Below are positions 41,750 to 50,413 of a stretch of 64,000 nt of DNA, piece by piece. Below the pieces are notes generated by a model. It was not told the origin of the DNA and ran no database searches. It worked only from the letters and a program-made list of their open reading frames with translations. The number at the start of each line of letters is the position of its first letter. Positions within the stretch are counted from its first letter, which is position 1. A program made the translations under genes and the position numbers. This DNA comes from Cyanophyceae cyanobacterium (GTDB lineage Bacteria; Cyanobacteriota; Cyanobacteriia; Cyanobacteriales; JBHJGN01), in NCBI GenBank assembly GCA_050331735.1, contig JBHJGN010000044.1, positions 40,999 through 104,998 on the forward strand. Reading direction: 5' to 3'.

Positions 41750-43387
41750 TCATTGAGTTTCTCGTTCCTTGAGCTTGAGCAAAATTTCGTCATGGACTGC
41801 GCGGGTGATGGGGTAGAAGTAGGCAAGCACAACGCCAGCAACCAGAATGATACTGGGCAACGGTCCCACCGCCAGCCGGATCGCCAGCAAAGCGCTATCT
41901 GGCTGCACGGGAATCTCTCCTCCCGGCGGTCTTTCAATGAATCCGGCAAATTCCAACACTTGACCGACCAAAAAGAGGGCGATCGCTAATCCCAGTTTTT
42001 GCAGCAGCACCATAAAGCCATAGAAAATGCCTTCCCGCCGCTGACCCGTTTGCAGTTCGTCTAGCTCAATCACGTCGGGAACCATCGACCAGGGAACCAG
42101 GTAGGCCACGGCAACGCCAAATCCCGCCATCACTGCTCCCAGGTACATCAACCCAACCTGTCCTGGCTGAATTAAAAACAGAAACGCCTGAGCCACAATC
42201 CAGATTCCCGTGCCCATAAAATAAACTGCTCGTTTGCCGACGCGATCGCTAACGGCTTTCCAAAAGAACAGCATCACCAACGCCGTGCCCTGCACCGCAA
42301 TGGCCGCCTGGGGAAAGGCTCCTTCGGGCAGTCCCATCCAGCTCACCACAAAATAAATCAAAATCGATGCCGTGAGCTGCACTGCCAGCCAGGAACACAA
42401 GTAGATGCCGATGATGTATAAAAACGGCCTGTTGCTGAAGACGATCTTGAGCTGTTCGCTAAAGCCAATGGTCGGCTGAGCCTGCGCTAACCGAGCGGTA
42501 GCGTGGTGATCGCTTAAATGGGGTTCAGGAGTCGCTCGCAGCAACGTCACGCCAAATAGCGCGATTTCTAAGCCAATGAGGAGAGCGAGAGTGCCGAAAA
42601 AATCGGCTCCTGAAGACTCAACGAGAGGAGCAGTAATTGGCAGGGTTCTCAGCAATCCATAGACCACTGCGGCAGCGCCGATGATTCCTAAAACGGTTCC
42701 TACCCCTTTTTTCTGCTGTGGCTGGAGAATCGGCTGCCGACCCCGTTCCTGAATGCGCAAAGCGCACCAAAGCAGGGCAATCACGGAGAAAATACTGCTC
42801 ACTAAGCCCAAAACCCAGTACTGCCGCGCGGGATTGTCGGGAAACTGACTGAAGATAAACCCGGCCAAAATAAGAGTAAGAATACTGCCGCCGATGGAAA
42901 AAGCGAAGCGATAGCTATTGAGACTGGTGCGTTCGTTGTAGTCTTGAGTCAGTTCGGGGGTAAGAGCCGTATAGGGTAAGTTAACAACCGTGTAGGCCAG
43001 GTTAAACAATATCCCAATTAGCACATAGTAACCGAACAGCCACCAGTTATTGACGGTATCGCTATCGCTGAGGCGAGGAATAATCCACTGTAGGAAAAAC
43101 AAGATTCCAAACGGAATCGCTCCCGCCAGCATCCAGGGAAGACGACGACCCCAGCGAGTCCGCGTACGATCGCTCAAAATCCCGGCAATCGGATCGTTAA
43201 TGGCATCCGAAATTTTCCCAATCGCTAAAATACTGCCAGCTAAACCCGCCGGTAAACCTGCCACGTTCGTAAAAAAGTACAGCAGGAAAAACACTAACAC
43301 GTTGGCCGTCATCGCTGGTCCCAGATCCCCAGCTCCATAGGCTAGTTTTGTGGTGAAATTGAGCTTTTCTCGGTTGGGAGCGTTCAT
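41750..43387 (-). CDS. MFS transporter, GPH/MelB family
   Basis: KLAYGAGD, DAINDP..G..SDRTRTRWGRR, TGQRREGIFYG. Confidence 0.92.
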   Translation of the reverse strand: MNAPNREKLNFTTKLAYGAGDLGPAMTANVLVFFLLYFFTNVAGLPAGLAGSILAIGKISDAINDPIAGILSDRTRTRWGRRLPWMLAGAIPFGILFFLQWIIPRLSDSDTVNNWWLFGYYVLIGILFNLAYTVVNLPYTALTPELTQDYNERTSLNSYRFAFSIGGSILTLILAGFIFSQFPDNPARQYWVLGLVSSIFSVIALLWCALRIQERGRQPILQPQQKKGVGTVLGIIGAAAVVYGLLRTLPITAPLVESSGADFFGTLALLIGLEIALFGVTLLRATPEPHLSDHHATARLAQAQPTIGFSEQLKIVFSNRPFLYIIGIYLCSWLAVQLTASILIYFVVSWMGLPEGAFPQAAIAVQGTALVMLFFWKAVSDRVGKRAVYFMGTGIWIVAQAFLFLIQPGQVGLMYLGAVMAGFGVAVAYLVPWSMVPDVIELDELQTGQRREGIFYGFMVLLQKLGLAIALFLVGQVLEFAGFIERPPGGEIPVQPDSALLAIRLAVGPLPSIILVAGVVLAYFYPITRAVHDEILLKLKERETQ

Positions 43388-43764
43388 GAAATTATCGCTA
43401 ACAGACTATTAATTATGAACCATCGAGACGCGATCGCGATCGCGATGGTTCAATCAGGAGTGGCTCTCAAAATTCTGCCAGAAGTTAGCTTGCAGAAAGC
43501 GCAATTGGACAATAATTAGAGAAAGCGACAGCAGATTCAATCTTGCTAAATTCCCTTTCCCCTTTGCCCTTTCCCCGACAGCGCTAGCTGTCAGTTTATG
43601 TTGACGTTTGCTCGCCTGATTTGTTTATCAGTCGTTTACAAATGCAGTAAAACTGAGTAATGAAGAATATAGCAGTAGCTATCGCGCAGAAGCTTACCGC
43701 TTTTAGCAGTTATTCTCTTGTTCTGTAGCTCGTTACTCGTTGGTTGATTTACCCATTTGTCGTT

Positions 43765-44286
43765 ATGTCAGATTTATTTGTGTCCTGGTCTGAGTACCAT
43801 CAAAATATTGAAACTCTCGCTGCCAAAATTTATCAGTCCGGCTGGAATTTTGACCAAATTATCTGTATTGCCAAGGGAGGATTGCGAGTGGGCGACATTC
43901 TTTGTCGTCTATTTGAGCAGCCCCTTGCTATTCTATCGACCGCTTCCTATCATGGAACGGGGAATCGCATCCGAAGCGAGCTTGAGATTTCTCAGCACTT
44001 ATCAATGGTTAGCGATCGCCTTGGCAGTAACATTCTCCTCGTTGACGATCTGGTAGACTCTGGGGTAAGTCTGCGAGAAGCGATGCGTTGGTTAGAGGAA
44101 CGTTTTGGGGCTGACATTGAACAGCTACGCACCGCCGTGATTTGGTGTAAAGGCTGCTCAGAAATTATCCCCGACTACTACGTTCAATACCTGCCGGACA
44201 ACCCGTGGATTCATCAGCCGTTTGAGAAATACGAGCAAATGAGTCCTGCCGATTTAGCCGCCTCTAAGTTAGTCACCAGTGATTAG
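43765..44286 (+). CDS. Type I phosphoribosyltransferase (purine PRTase-like)
   Basis: CIAKGGL, PRPP loop LLVDDLVDSG, WIHQPFE. Confidence 0.9.
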   Translation: MSDLFVSWSEYHQNIETLAAKIYQSGWNFDQIICIAKGGLRVGDILCRLFEQPLAILSTASYHGTGNRIRSELEISQHLSMVSDRLGSNILLVDDLVDSGVSLREAMRWLEERFGADIEQLRTAVIWCKGCSEIIPDYYVQYLPDNPWIHQPFEKYEQMSPADLAASKLVTSD

Positions 44287-44662
44287 CATCGCTAAACTGT
44301 TAGTTGAGGACAGCCGATAGGAGCCGTGTATTTTCCCGATAATTTTCACGACTGAGGAAGCATGAAAAGGATAAAAGTCGATTAGGTGTGCTATTTCATT
44401 GTTCCTGTCGTTAATTAGATTGATAGTGGCCTCGGCGACAAAATCTCACTCTGTCAATTCAGAAAGCCAAATACGATCGGGATCTCGTCCTCCAGCGGTT
44501 ACTTTTCCATCTTTGATAACATGTTGGGCGGCTTTAGGCGCTCAGCACGCACATTTCCTGATGGCGCTGTAAAAGAAATAAAGAATAGAGGCCCGTCTTT
44601 ACCGGCATGACAAGCTTTTGACGACAGGGCTGTTCAATTTGGGGATTCGCGTGATAATTTAA

Positions 44663-44680
44663 GCTACTTATAGTCATCAT
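44663..44680 (+). promoter_or_regulatory. Single C-box operator upstream of the methyltransferase
   Basis: GCTACTTATAGTCATCAT matches the C-box core (G/T)ACT-TAT-AGTC and the box in front of the C gene. Confidence 0.7.
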
Positions 44681-44691
44681 ATACAAATGCA

Positions 44692-46008
44692 ATGTCGCCA
44701 GTCAATCAAATCTCTTTGAATTTAGATAGTAATAACAAATCTGACGATATTAGCGGGCGAATAAAATACAGTCCTATTCATGTTTCTGAGTCAACATTCT
44801 TAGCAGGACTATCTGTTCATATTCACAGATGGTTCAGATTAACTCCTAGCTTTGCTCCTGATCTTGTTCGCGAAATGCTACACAAGCTAAACGCAGATAT
44901 TGGAGACTATATTCTTGATCCTTTTTCTGGGGCAGGAACAACAGCTATTGAATTAGCCCTAGAAGGTTTTGATTCTTTGGGATTTGAAATTAACCTATTT
45001 TTGCACTTTGTAAATCATACTTCTTTGAACTGGAAGCTTGATACAGAATTATTAATATTGCATCTGTCAAGAATCCTGGAAGATTTTGATACTCTACGAG
45101 AAAAAGTTTCTTATGAGACCTTAGAAAAAGGTGGCTATAGGATTCCTGCTATCCACAATCCAACACGTTGGTGGCGACCAGATATATTAAAGGACTTGCT
45201 TGTTCTGAAACAATGTATAAACGAAACTGAAGCCCAACATGAACGTGACTTTTTTCGACTGGCACTTGCTGGAGTACTAGTTCCTAATTTAACAAATGTG
45301 ACTCTAGGAAGGTTACAACTTCATTTTATAAATCGTGACAATGATGAAATTGATGTGGGAGGCATTTTTGCAAAACATGCTCAGCAAATGATCAAGGATA
45401 TTTATTACGTTCAACAAGTACCTAGACTTGGAAATTCAAAAGTACTTCTCCAAAACTCAACTAATTTGTCGAACATAAGTTTGCCCAAAAAAGTTAATTG
45501 TGTAATTACTTCACCTCCTTATCTAAACCGCTATAGCTACGTTTGGAATACTAGACCACATCTTTATATGTTAGATTTCATTTCAGCAGCAAAGGAAGCA
45601 TCTTCAATAGATAAAAAAACCATAGGAGGAACTTGGGGTAGTGCTACTTCTGAGTTGACAAAAGGTAAATTTACTCCACTTAATAAAGCCGTGGAAGAAG
45701 CAATTGGTTCTATTGTATCTGCTATACGTGAGCAAGACAATTTAATGGCAAATTATGCTGTTCACTACTTCAATCGTTTAACAGCACATTTAATAGAGCT
45801 AGAACGCATAAGTTCTCCAAATTTGCGCATTGCTTATGTTGTTGGAAACTCGTGGCTTAAGGGAGTGTACATTGAAACTGATTTAATTCTTGCTAAGATA
45901 TTAGCTCGTTTAAACTTAAACCATCAAATCAACTCAGTTCATCGTTTTAGAAAGCGCAACAGCGGCAAGGAACTTTTCGAGTCAATTGTGTATGCATCTA
46001 AGAGCTAA
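44692..46008 (+). CDS. Type II amino-DNA methyltransferase (probably N4-cytosine; motif I before motif IV)
   Basis: HRWF, ILDPFSGAGTT (motif I), ITSPPY (motif IV), VVGNS. Confidence 0.88.
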   Translation: MSPVNQISLNLDSNNKSDDISGRIKYSPIHVSESTFLAGLSVHIHRWFRLTPSFAPDLVREMLHKLNADIGDYILDPFSGAGTTAIELALEGFDSLGFEINLFLHFVNHTSLNWKLDTELLILHLSRILEDFDTLREKVSYETLEKGGYRIPAIHNPTRWWRPDILKDLLVLKQCINETEAQHERDFFRLALAGVLVPNLTNVTLGRLQLHFINRDNDEIDVGGIFAKHAQQMIKDIYYVQQVPRLGNSKVLLQNSTNLSNISLPKKVNCVITSPPYLNRYSYVWNTRPHLYMLDFISAAKEASSIDKKTIGGTWGSATSELTKGKFTPLNKAVEEAIGSIVSAIREQDNLMANYAVHYFNRLTAHLIELERISSPNLRIAYVVGNSWLKGVYIETDLILAKILARLNLNHQINSVHRFRKRNSGKELFESIVYASKS

Positions 46009-46012
46009 TCTC

Positions 46013-46783
46013 TTATTTTTCTATATTTTGAAAAGCCTCTGATGTAAATATACTTTTCATAACTCTTTGAACCTCTTTGTGAATTTCCTCTTTCACTTCT
46101 AGTTCATCCATAAACTTCAGAAAATTGATGCCGAAAAGTTCTGAGGTAAATTGTGAAGCTTGTTCCCCTTGAAGAAAGTACTACCTAGCACGAGTAAGAC
46201 GACCAATTGCATCATCTCTTGGACTAATAGCACTATAAATTAAGTACATGGGAAACGAGTTCGCTGCCTTGAGATGCCCGACCACAGAAACGTCTTTTCT
46301 CAATCGAGCACTGTCATTGGGATTGAAATTGTATCTTATTTCAATACCTACGCCATCGGTTTTAGAATCAGAAAAGCCGAAATTTTGCAGAGTTTCACGA
46401 ATATAATTTTCATCTTTGTCAGACACCGAGGCAAACCTCAACCCGATGTCTAATTCTAATCCGTTAAATTTTTCTGCAACCTGTTCTGGAGTTATATTAA
46501 ACCGAGCTGAGGCAACAAAACGAGGGAGTTTATCGTAAATTTCCCCTAACCGTCTTCCAACGCTAATACTCATACGTCCAATTAGACGGACAAGTACATA
46601 TTCAGGACAATCAAGCGCAAACTTTGAGTAAACAGGGTCACTTTTAAGTTTTTGCAGTTCTCTCTGATAATTTTGAGCACTAAAGTCATTCTGTATCTTT
46701 GTCTCCCATCCTTGAATATGGGATTTAAGAATATTCAGAAAGCGTTGCTCAACAATATTTGAAGGAGTTTCTGCGTCACTCAT
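46013..46783 (-). pseudogene. Putative Type II restriction endonuclease with a premature in-frame TAG at 46181-46183
   Basis: The ORF from ATG 46783 overlaps the C-gene stop. After TAG the frame stays open for 55 codons (YFLQGEQ...FQNIEK) to TAA at 46013, 4 nt from the MTase stop. It has a PD-(D/E)xK-like ELDIG...GIEIRY arrangement. Confidence 0.7.
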
Positions 46784-46999
46784 GACTATCGCTTGCCTGA
46801 AGTAAATTAGCAGGGTCAACATCAAGAGCCAAAGCCAGTTTTTCAATGTTGCCAATACTGATGTTGCGCTCGCCTCTCTCAACTACACCAACGTAAGTCC
46901 GGTGAAACCTGCTCGATGAGCCAGCTCTTCCTGAGACAAGCCACGTTCGAGTCGAATGCGCCGAAGGTTTTTGGCAAAGATAGTAATTAACGACCCCAT
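46776..46999 (-). pseudogene. Controller (C) protein, XRE-HTH, with a 1-nt frameshift near 46905
   Basis: MGSLITIFAKNLRRIRLERGLSQEELAHRAG in one frame joins HRTYVGVVERGERNISIGNIEKLALAL in another; together they give the classic C-protein signature. Confidence 0.85.
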
Positions 47000-47018
47000 A
47001 TGACTTTGATACGGGGGA

Positions 47019-47052
47019 GATGACAATAAATCGACAGACAATAAGTAGCATT
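47019..47052 (-). promoter_or_regulatory. Double C-box operator upstream of the C-R operon
   Basis: Minus strand AATGCTACTTATTGTCTGTCGATTTATTGTCATC has the C.PvuII/C.Esp1396I-type two-operator layout, about 20 nt before the ATG. Confidence 0.8.
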
Positions 47053-47152
47053 GTTACCTGCAACAGCAGCTCAACCACATTTAAGATAATTGCCAAGCAG
47101 CCTAACAATTAATTATTTCCTTAATGACCAATATTTTGATAAGATTGCTAAC

Positions 47153-47998
47153 TCAAAATAAACTAAGTTGTTCTGGTAAATCTTCTTGGTTCCAGGGTAA
47201 AGGGGGAACCGGAACACCTTGTTGCTCAAGCATCTGCTGAAAATAGCGGGCCATCGTGGGAGAGTGAAGTTCCTCGGGACAGTGAACAAAGAAATAAACC
47301 GGTACTCCCTGACGCAGCCAGTCCTCAACTCGCTTTACCCATTCCGCTAGATACGCCTGATTCTGGCTGTGTTGAGGATGACTGATGTAGCGCACCAAAG
47401 TAAAATTTGCCGTTACCTTGGGGTGTAGCGGTAAACTCGGTTTGCGGCTTTGAGCTTTGAGGTGAGAGTCATTGGAGGAATAAATCGCTCGCGTATCCAG
47501 CACAACTGTGCCAACGCGGTATTCCTTGAGCAGGGTGTCTAGCTGCATCGAGTACGGTTCTACAAACCAGTCGGGATGTCGCACTTCTAAGGCGAGAGCG
47601 TACCGGGGAGATACCGCTGCTAAAAAAGTCGTCAGATCGTTGAGGCGAGCGGGGCTATAGTGAGGGGGAAGCTGAGCAAACGCTGGACCGAGGCGATCGC
47701 CAAATTCCTGCATTCGTTCTAGAAACTCTAAAGCTTGGGGAAGGCGCGGCGCGAGTAAACCTTGATGAGTCACCGACGCCGGCAGCTTCACACAGAATTT
47801 AAAGCCAGCCGCCGTCTCCTGGCTCCAGCGCTGTACTGTCTTCGGCTGAGGCGTGGCGTAGAAGGTGGTATTGCCTTCAACGGCGGTGAAGCGCTGGCTA
47901 TAAAGGCGCAGGAACTCCGCTGGCTGACTCTTCGGTGGATACAAATTGCCCACCCACCCTGGATACGACCAAACCGCACAGCCTAAGTAAAAATTCAC
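47153..47998 (-). CDS. DUF72 (YecE-like) protein
   Basis: VEGNTTFY, FCVKLP, QLPP, LEVRH, FFVHCP. Confidence 0.9.
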   Translation of the reverse strand: MNFYLGCAVWSYPGWVGNLYPPKSQPAEFLRLYSQRFTAVEGNTTFYATPQPKTVQRWSQETAAGFKFCVKLPASVTHQGLLAPRLPQALEFLERMQEFGDRLGPAFAQLPPHYSPARLNDLTTFLAAVSPRYALALEVRHPDWFVEPYSMQLDTLLKEYRVGTVVLDTRAIYSSNDSHLKAQSRKPSLPLHPKVTANFTLVRYISHPQHSQNQAYLAEWVKRVEDWLRQGVPVYFFVHCPEELHSPTMARYFQQMLEQQGVPVPPLPWNQEDLPEQLSLF

Positions 47999-49227
47999 GA
48001 CTCCGAATGAACGAGCATCAGTGCTTTCGACGCTGCTGCATCAGCGATCGCCGCTTCTTTTAATTGCTCTCTGAGATCGCTCATCACGGCTAAAGCTCTG
48101 GCCCAGTCTGGAATTTGCGTTCCTGCCGGATTGGAAAAATACTGCTCGCTCGCTTCTAGCATGGCCTGCTCGAACAGCTCAATAATAATCTCTTCCTGGT
48201 GTCTATCGTATTCCAACCCGTTGAAGCGAGCGTCGATAAAGTACTGACGACTGTAGTTTTGGGCCTGCCGACGAAACTTTACCCTGATTGCATGAATGTG
48301 CTCGCTTGTCAATACGACCTGCTCTGTTTCTGTTAGCGTCCGCAACACAGAACGCAGCACGTCTTGACACATTTTTCTGAGCCCTTCGCTATTGGAGTTG
48401 CCGATCTCCTGATGCTTGTGGTCAAAAATTCCTAAATCGATCTGAGCAATCCGCTTTTCAGCAACGCTGCGATAGACCTCTGCTAGTAACCCAATTTCTA
48501 ATCCCCAATCGCCCGGAATGCGGATATTGAGCGCCAGGTCACTCTTGAGAGCAAATTCCCCAGAAAGCGGATAGCGAAAGGCATTGAGGTAGCGCAGATA
48601 GGGGCGATAGCCGAGCAGTTCCGTGAGCGCCGACAGCAGCGGAGTCACAAACAAACGCATCACACGACCGTTGAGGGTATGAGGACACTGACCGATACGA
48701 GCATAGTAGGCTTTGTTAAAGACAATGCCGAGTTCCTGTTCGAGCAGGGGGAATAACAGCTTCAGCGGATAGGAGCGATCATAGGTCGTAATGTCGGCAT
48801 CGTGGAGAGCGATCGCCTTTGCTTCTAAAGATGCTACCCCTAACCCGAGCCAAACGGCGCGTCCTTTGCCCCGCAGACTGAGTAAATCTAAGCCGCGCTC
48901 GCGCAGTTTTTCGAGGATTTGCGTAACGCGAGCCCCATTTTCCCAAACGATGGCCGTCTGTTGCGGCAATGGCTGAAAAAAATCAACGGCTTTAGCGTAC
49001 TGTTCGCTGGTTTGGGCATATAAACAAATCACCACGGTTTTTACGAAAGGACATTGCTGGAGATGACTGCGAATTTGCGCCAGCGCTGGTCTTTCTAACT
49101 CTTCGTAAAGCGCTGGAATCAGCACCGCAGTCGGAGTTTCCTCACTTAACTCCATTAATCTTGCCGCTAAATCTTGATGACAGCCAAAATCGTGAATTGT
49201 TGTAATAATTTCTTGTTTGTTGTCCAT
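47995..49227 (-). CDS. gpgS: Glucosyl-3-phosphoglycerate synthase-like glycosyltransferase
   Basis: GKGRAVW, ALHDADI, KAYYAR, GRVMRLFV.PL, YPLSGEF, DWGLEIG, DHKHQ. Confidence 0.8.
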   Translation of the reverse strand: MDNKQEIITTIHDFGCHQDLAARLMELSEETPTAVLIPALYEELERPALAQIRSHLQQCPFVKTVVICLYAQTSEQYAKAVDFFQPLPQQTAIVWENGARVTQILEKLRERGLDLLSLRGKGRAVWLGLGVASLEAKAIALHDADITTYDRSYPLKLLFPLLEQELGIVFNKAYYARIGQCPHTLNGRVMRLFVTPLLSALTELLGYRPYLRYLNAFRYPLSGEFALKSDLALNIRIPGDWGLEIGLLAEVYRSVAEKRIAQIDLGIFDHKHQEIGNSNSEGLRKMCQDVLRSVLRTLTETEQVVLTSEHIHAIRVKFRRQAQNYSRQYFIDARFNGLEYDRHQEEIIIELFEQAMLEASEQYFSNPAGTQIPDWARALAVMSDLREQLKEAAIADAAASKALMLVHSES

Positions 49228-49535
49228 TCAGCTACCTAAGCCCAAGTTGAGCGTCGAGTTGGGCCACAAATCATTGGATGAGGATGTTGCTCAACGCTTG
49301 TGTGTTAGTCTGCTCTGATCGTTCGGACTTTCTTAAAAAAAGCGAGCAATAGTAGTTTATATTAGACACGGCTTTTTAAGAAATATTACAACTGTTGACA
49401 AGGACAGGTTCACTTCAAGTAAGACTCAATTCTGGCACGATATAGTGAAGAATATCGCCCACTTTAAATCAGGAAGGCTCCATCAATTTGGGGAACTAAC
49501 GTCATTCTACCCAGCGACTTAGTGCGAGAACAATC

Positions 49536-50381
49536 ATGACTCAAAGTATTGATGCTGTTGTCCTGCCGCCTCCTTTTCCAGATCACACTCAGCTTCCAGA
49601 GTCAGACGGCACTTTCGTGAAGAACTTTCAGGAGCATCCCCAAAGCATTATCCTCACTGACTCGATTGGTCCCATTTTACAGCAGCGACATCCCGATGGG
49701 CAGTACGCCATTGGGCAAGACTGCGGGATCTATTGGCGCGAAACTGACCCTCCTGAAAAAGGAGCCGAAGCACCGGACTGGTTCTACGTTCCCCATGTGC
49801 CTCCTCAGCTTGACGGACTCCGCCGCTCCTATGTATTGTGGCGAGAATTAATGTCTCCTCTGATTGCCCTAGAGTTTGCGAGCGGAGATGGCACTGAAGA
49901 GCGAGACCGCACTCCCCTGTCTCGCCCAGAGTCAACAGCGAAAAGGCCCGGTAAGTTTTGGGTATACGAGCAGATCATCAAGATTTCCTACTACGGCATC
50001 TACGAAATCAAGAACGGTAAGCTAGAAGTCTATGTTCTGGTTGGCGGACGCTACCAAAAGCTAGCCGCTAATGAACGGGGGCACTATCCGATTGAGCCGT
50101 TGGGAGTGGAGTTAGGCTTATGGCAGGGAGCTTATCAAAATCAAACTCAGCTTTGGCTGCGGTGGTGGGATGAGCAGGGACGCTTATTGCTCATCGGCGA
50201 TGAGCGGGCTGAGCAAGAGCGACAGCGAGCTGAGCAAGAGCGACAGCGGGCTGAGAATGCTGAACAGGCACGAATGAGTGCCGTCTCGCGATTGCTAGGG
50301 ATGGGTTTAAGTACAGCTCAAGTCGCAGAGGCGTTAAACCTGTCGCTGGAGGAAGTCGAAATGATCGACAAGCCAAGCTAA
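49536..50381 (+). CDS. Uma2 family endonuclease-fold protein
   Basis: PDHTQLPESDG, APDWFYVP, LEFAS, WLRWWD..G.LL, EQERQRA tail. Confidence 0.9.
   Translation: MTQSIDAVVLPPPFPDHTQLPESDGTFVKNFQEHPQSIILTDSIGPILQQRHPDGQYAIGQDCGIYWRETDPPEKGAEAPDWFYVPHVPPQLDGLRRSYVLWRELMSPLIALEFASGDGTEERDRTPLSRPESTAKRPGKFWVYEQIIKISYYGIYEIKNGKLEVYVLVGGRYQKLAANERGHYPIEPLGVELGLWQGAYQNQTQLWLRWWDEQGRLLLIGDERAEQERQRAEQERQRAENAEQARMSAVSRLLGMGLSTAQVAEALNLSLEEVEMIDKPS
50208..50255 (+). repeat. 21-bp coding tandem repeat (AEQERQR x2)
   Basis: GCTGAGCAAGAGCGACAGCG(A/G) twice, then GCTGAG. Confidence 0.8.
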
Positions 50382-50413
50382 TCAGTAAATCCACCGCATT
50401 TCAATCTAAGCTA

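Noticed and set aside
44330..44620. Decayed gene at the left edge of the R-M island (minus strand, KAAQHVIKDGKVTAGGRDPDRIWLSEL)
   Set aside because: It looks protein-like but I cannot assign it to a family; BLASTX would decide.
46181..46183. TAG readthrough or recoding in the endonuclease
   Set aside because: The upstream C gene is also broken and other genes here end at TAG, so pseudogenisation is simpler.
46181..47108. ORF-track proteins of 233 aa and 110 aa as given
   Set aside because: Their N-termini are artefacts. The real starts are ATG 46783 (endonuclease) and ATG 46999 (frameshifted C protein).
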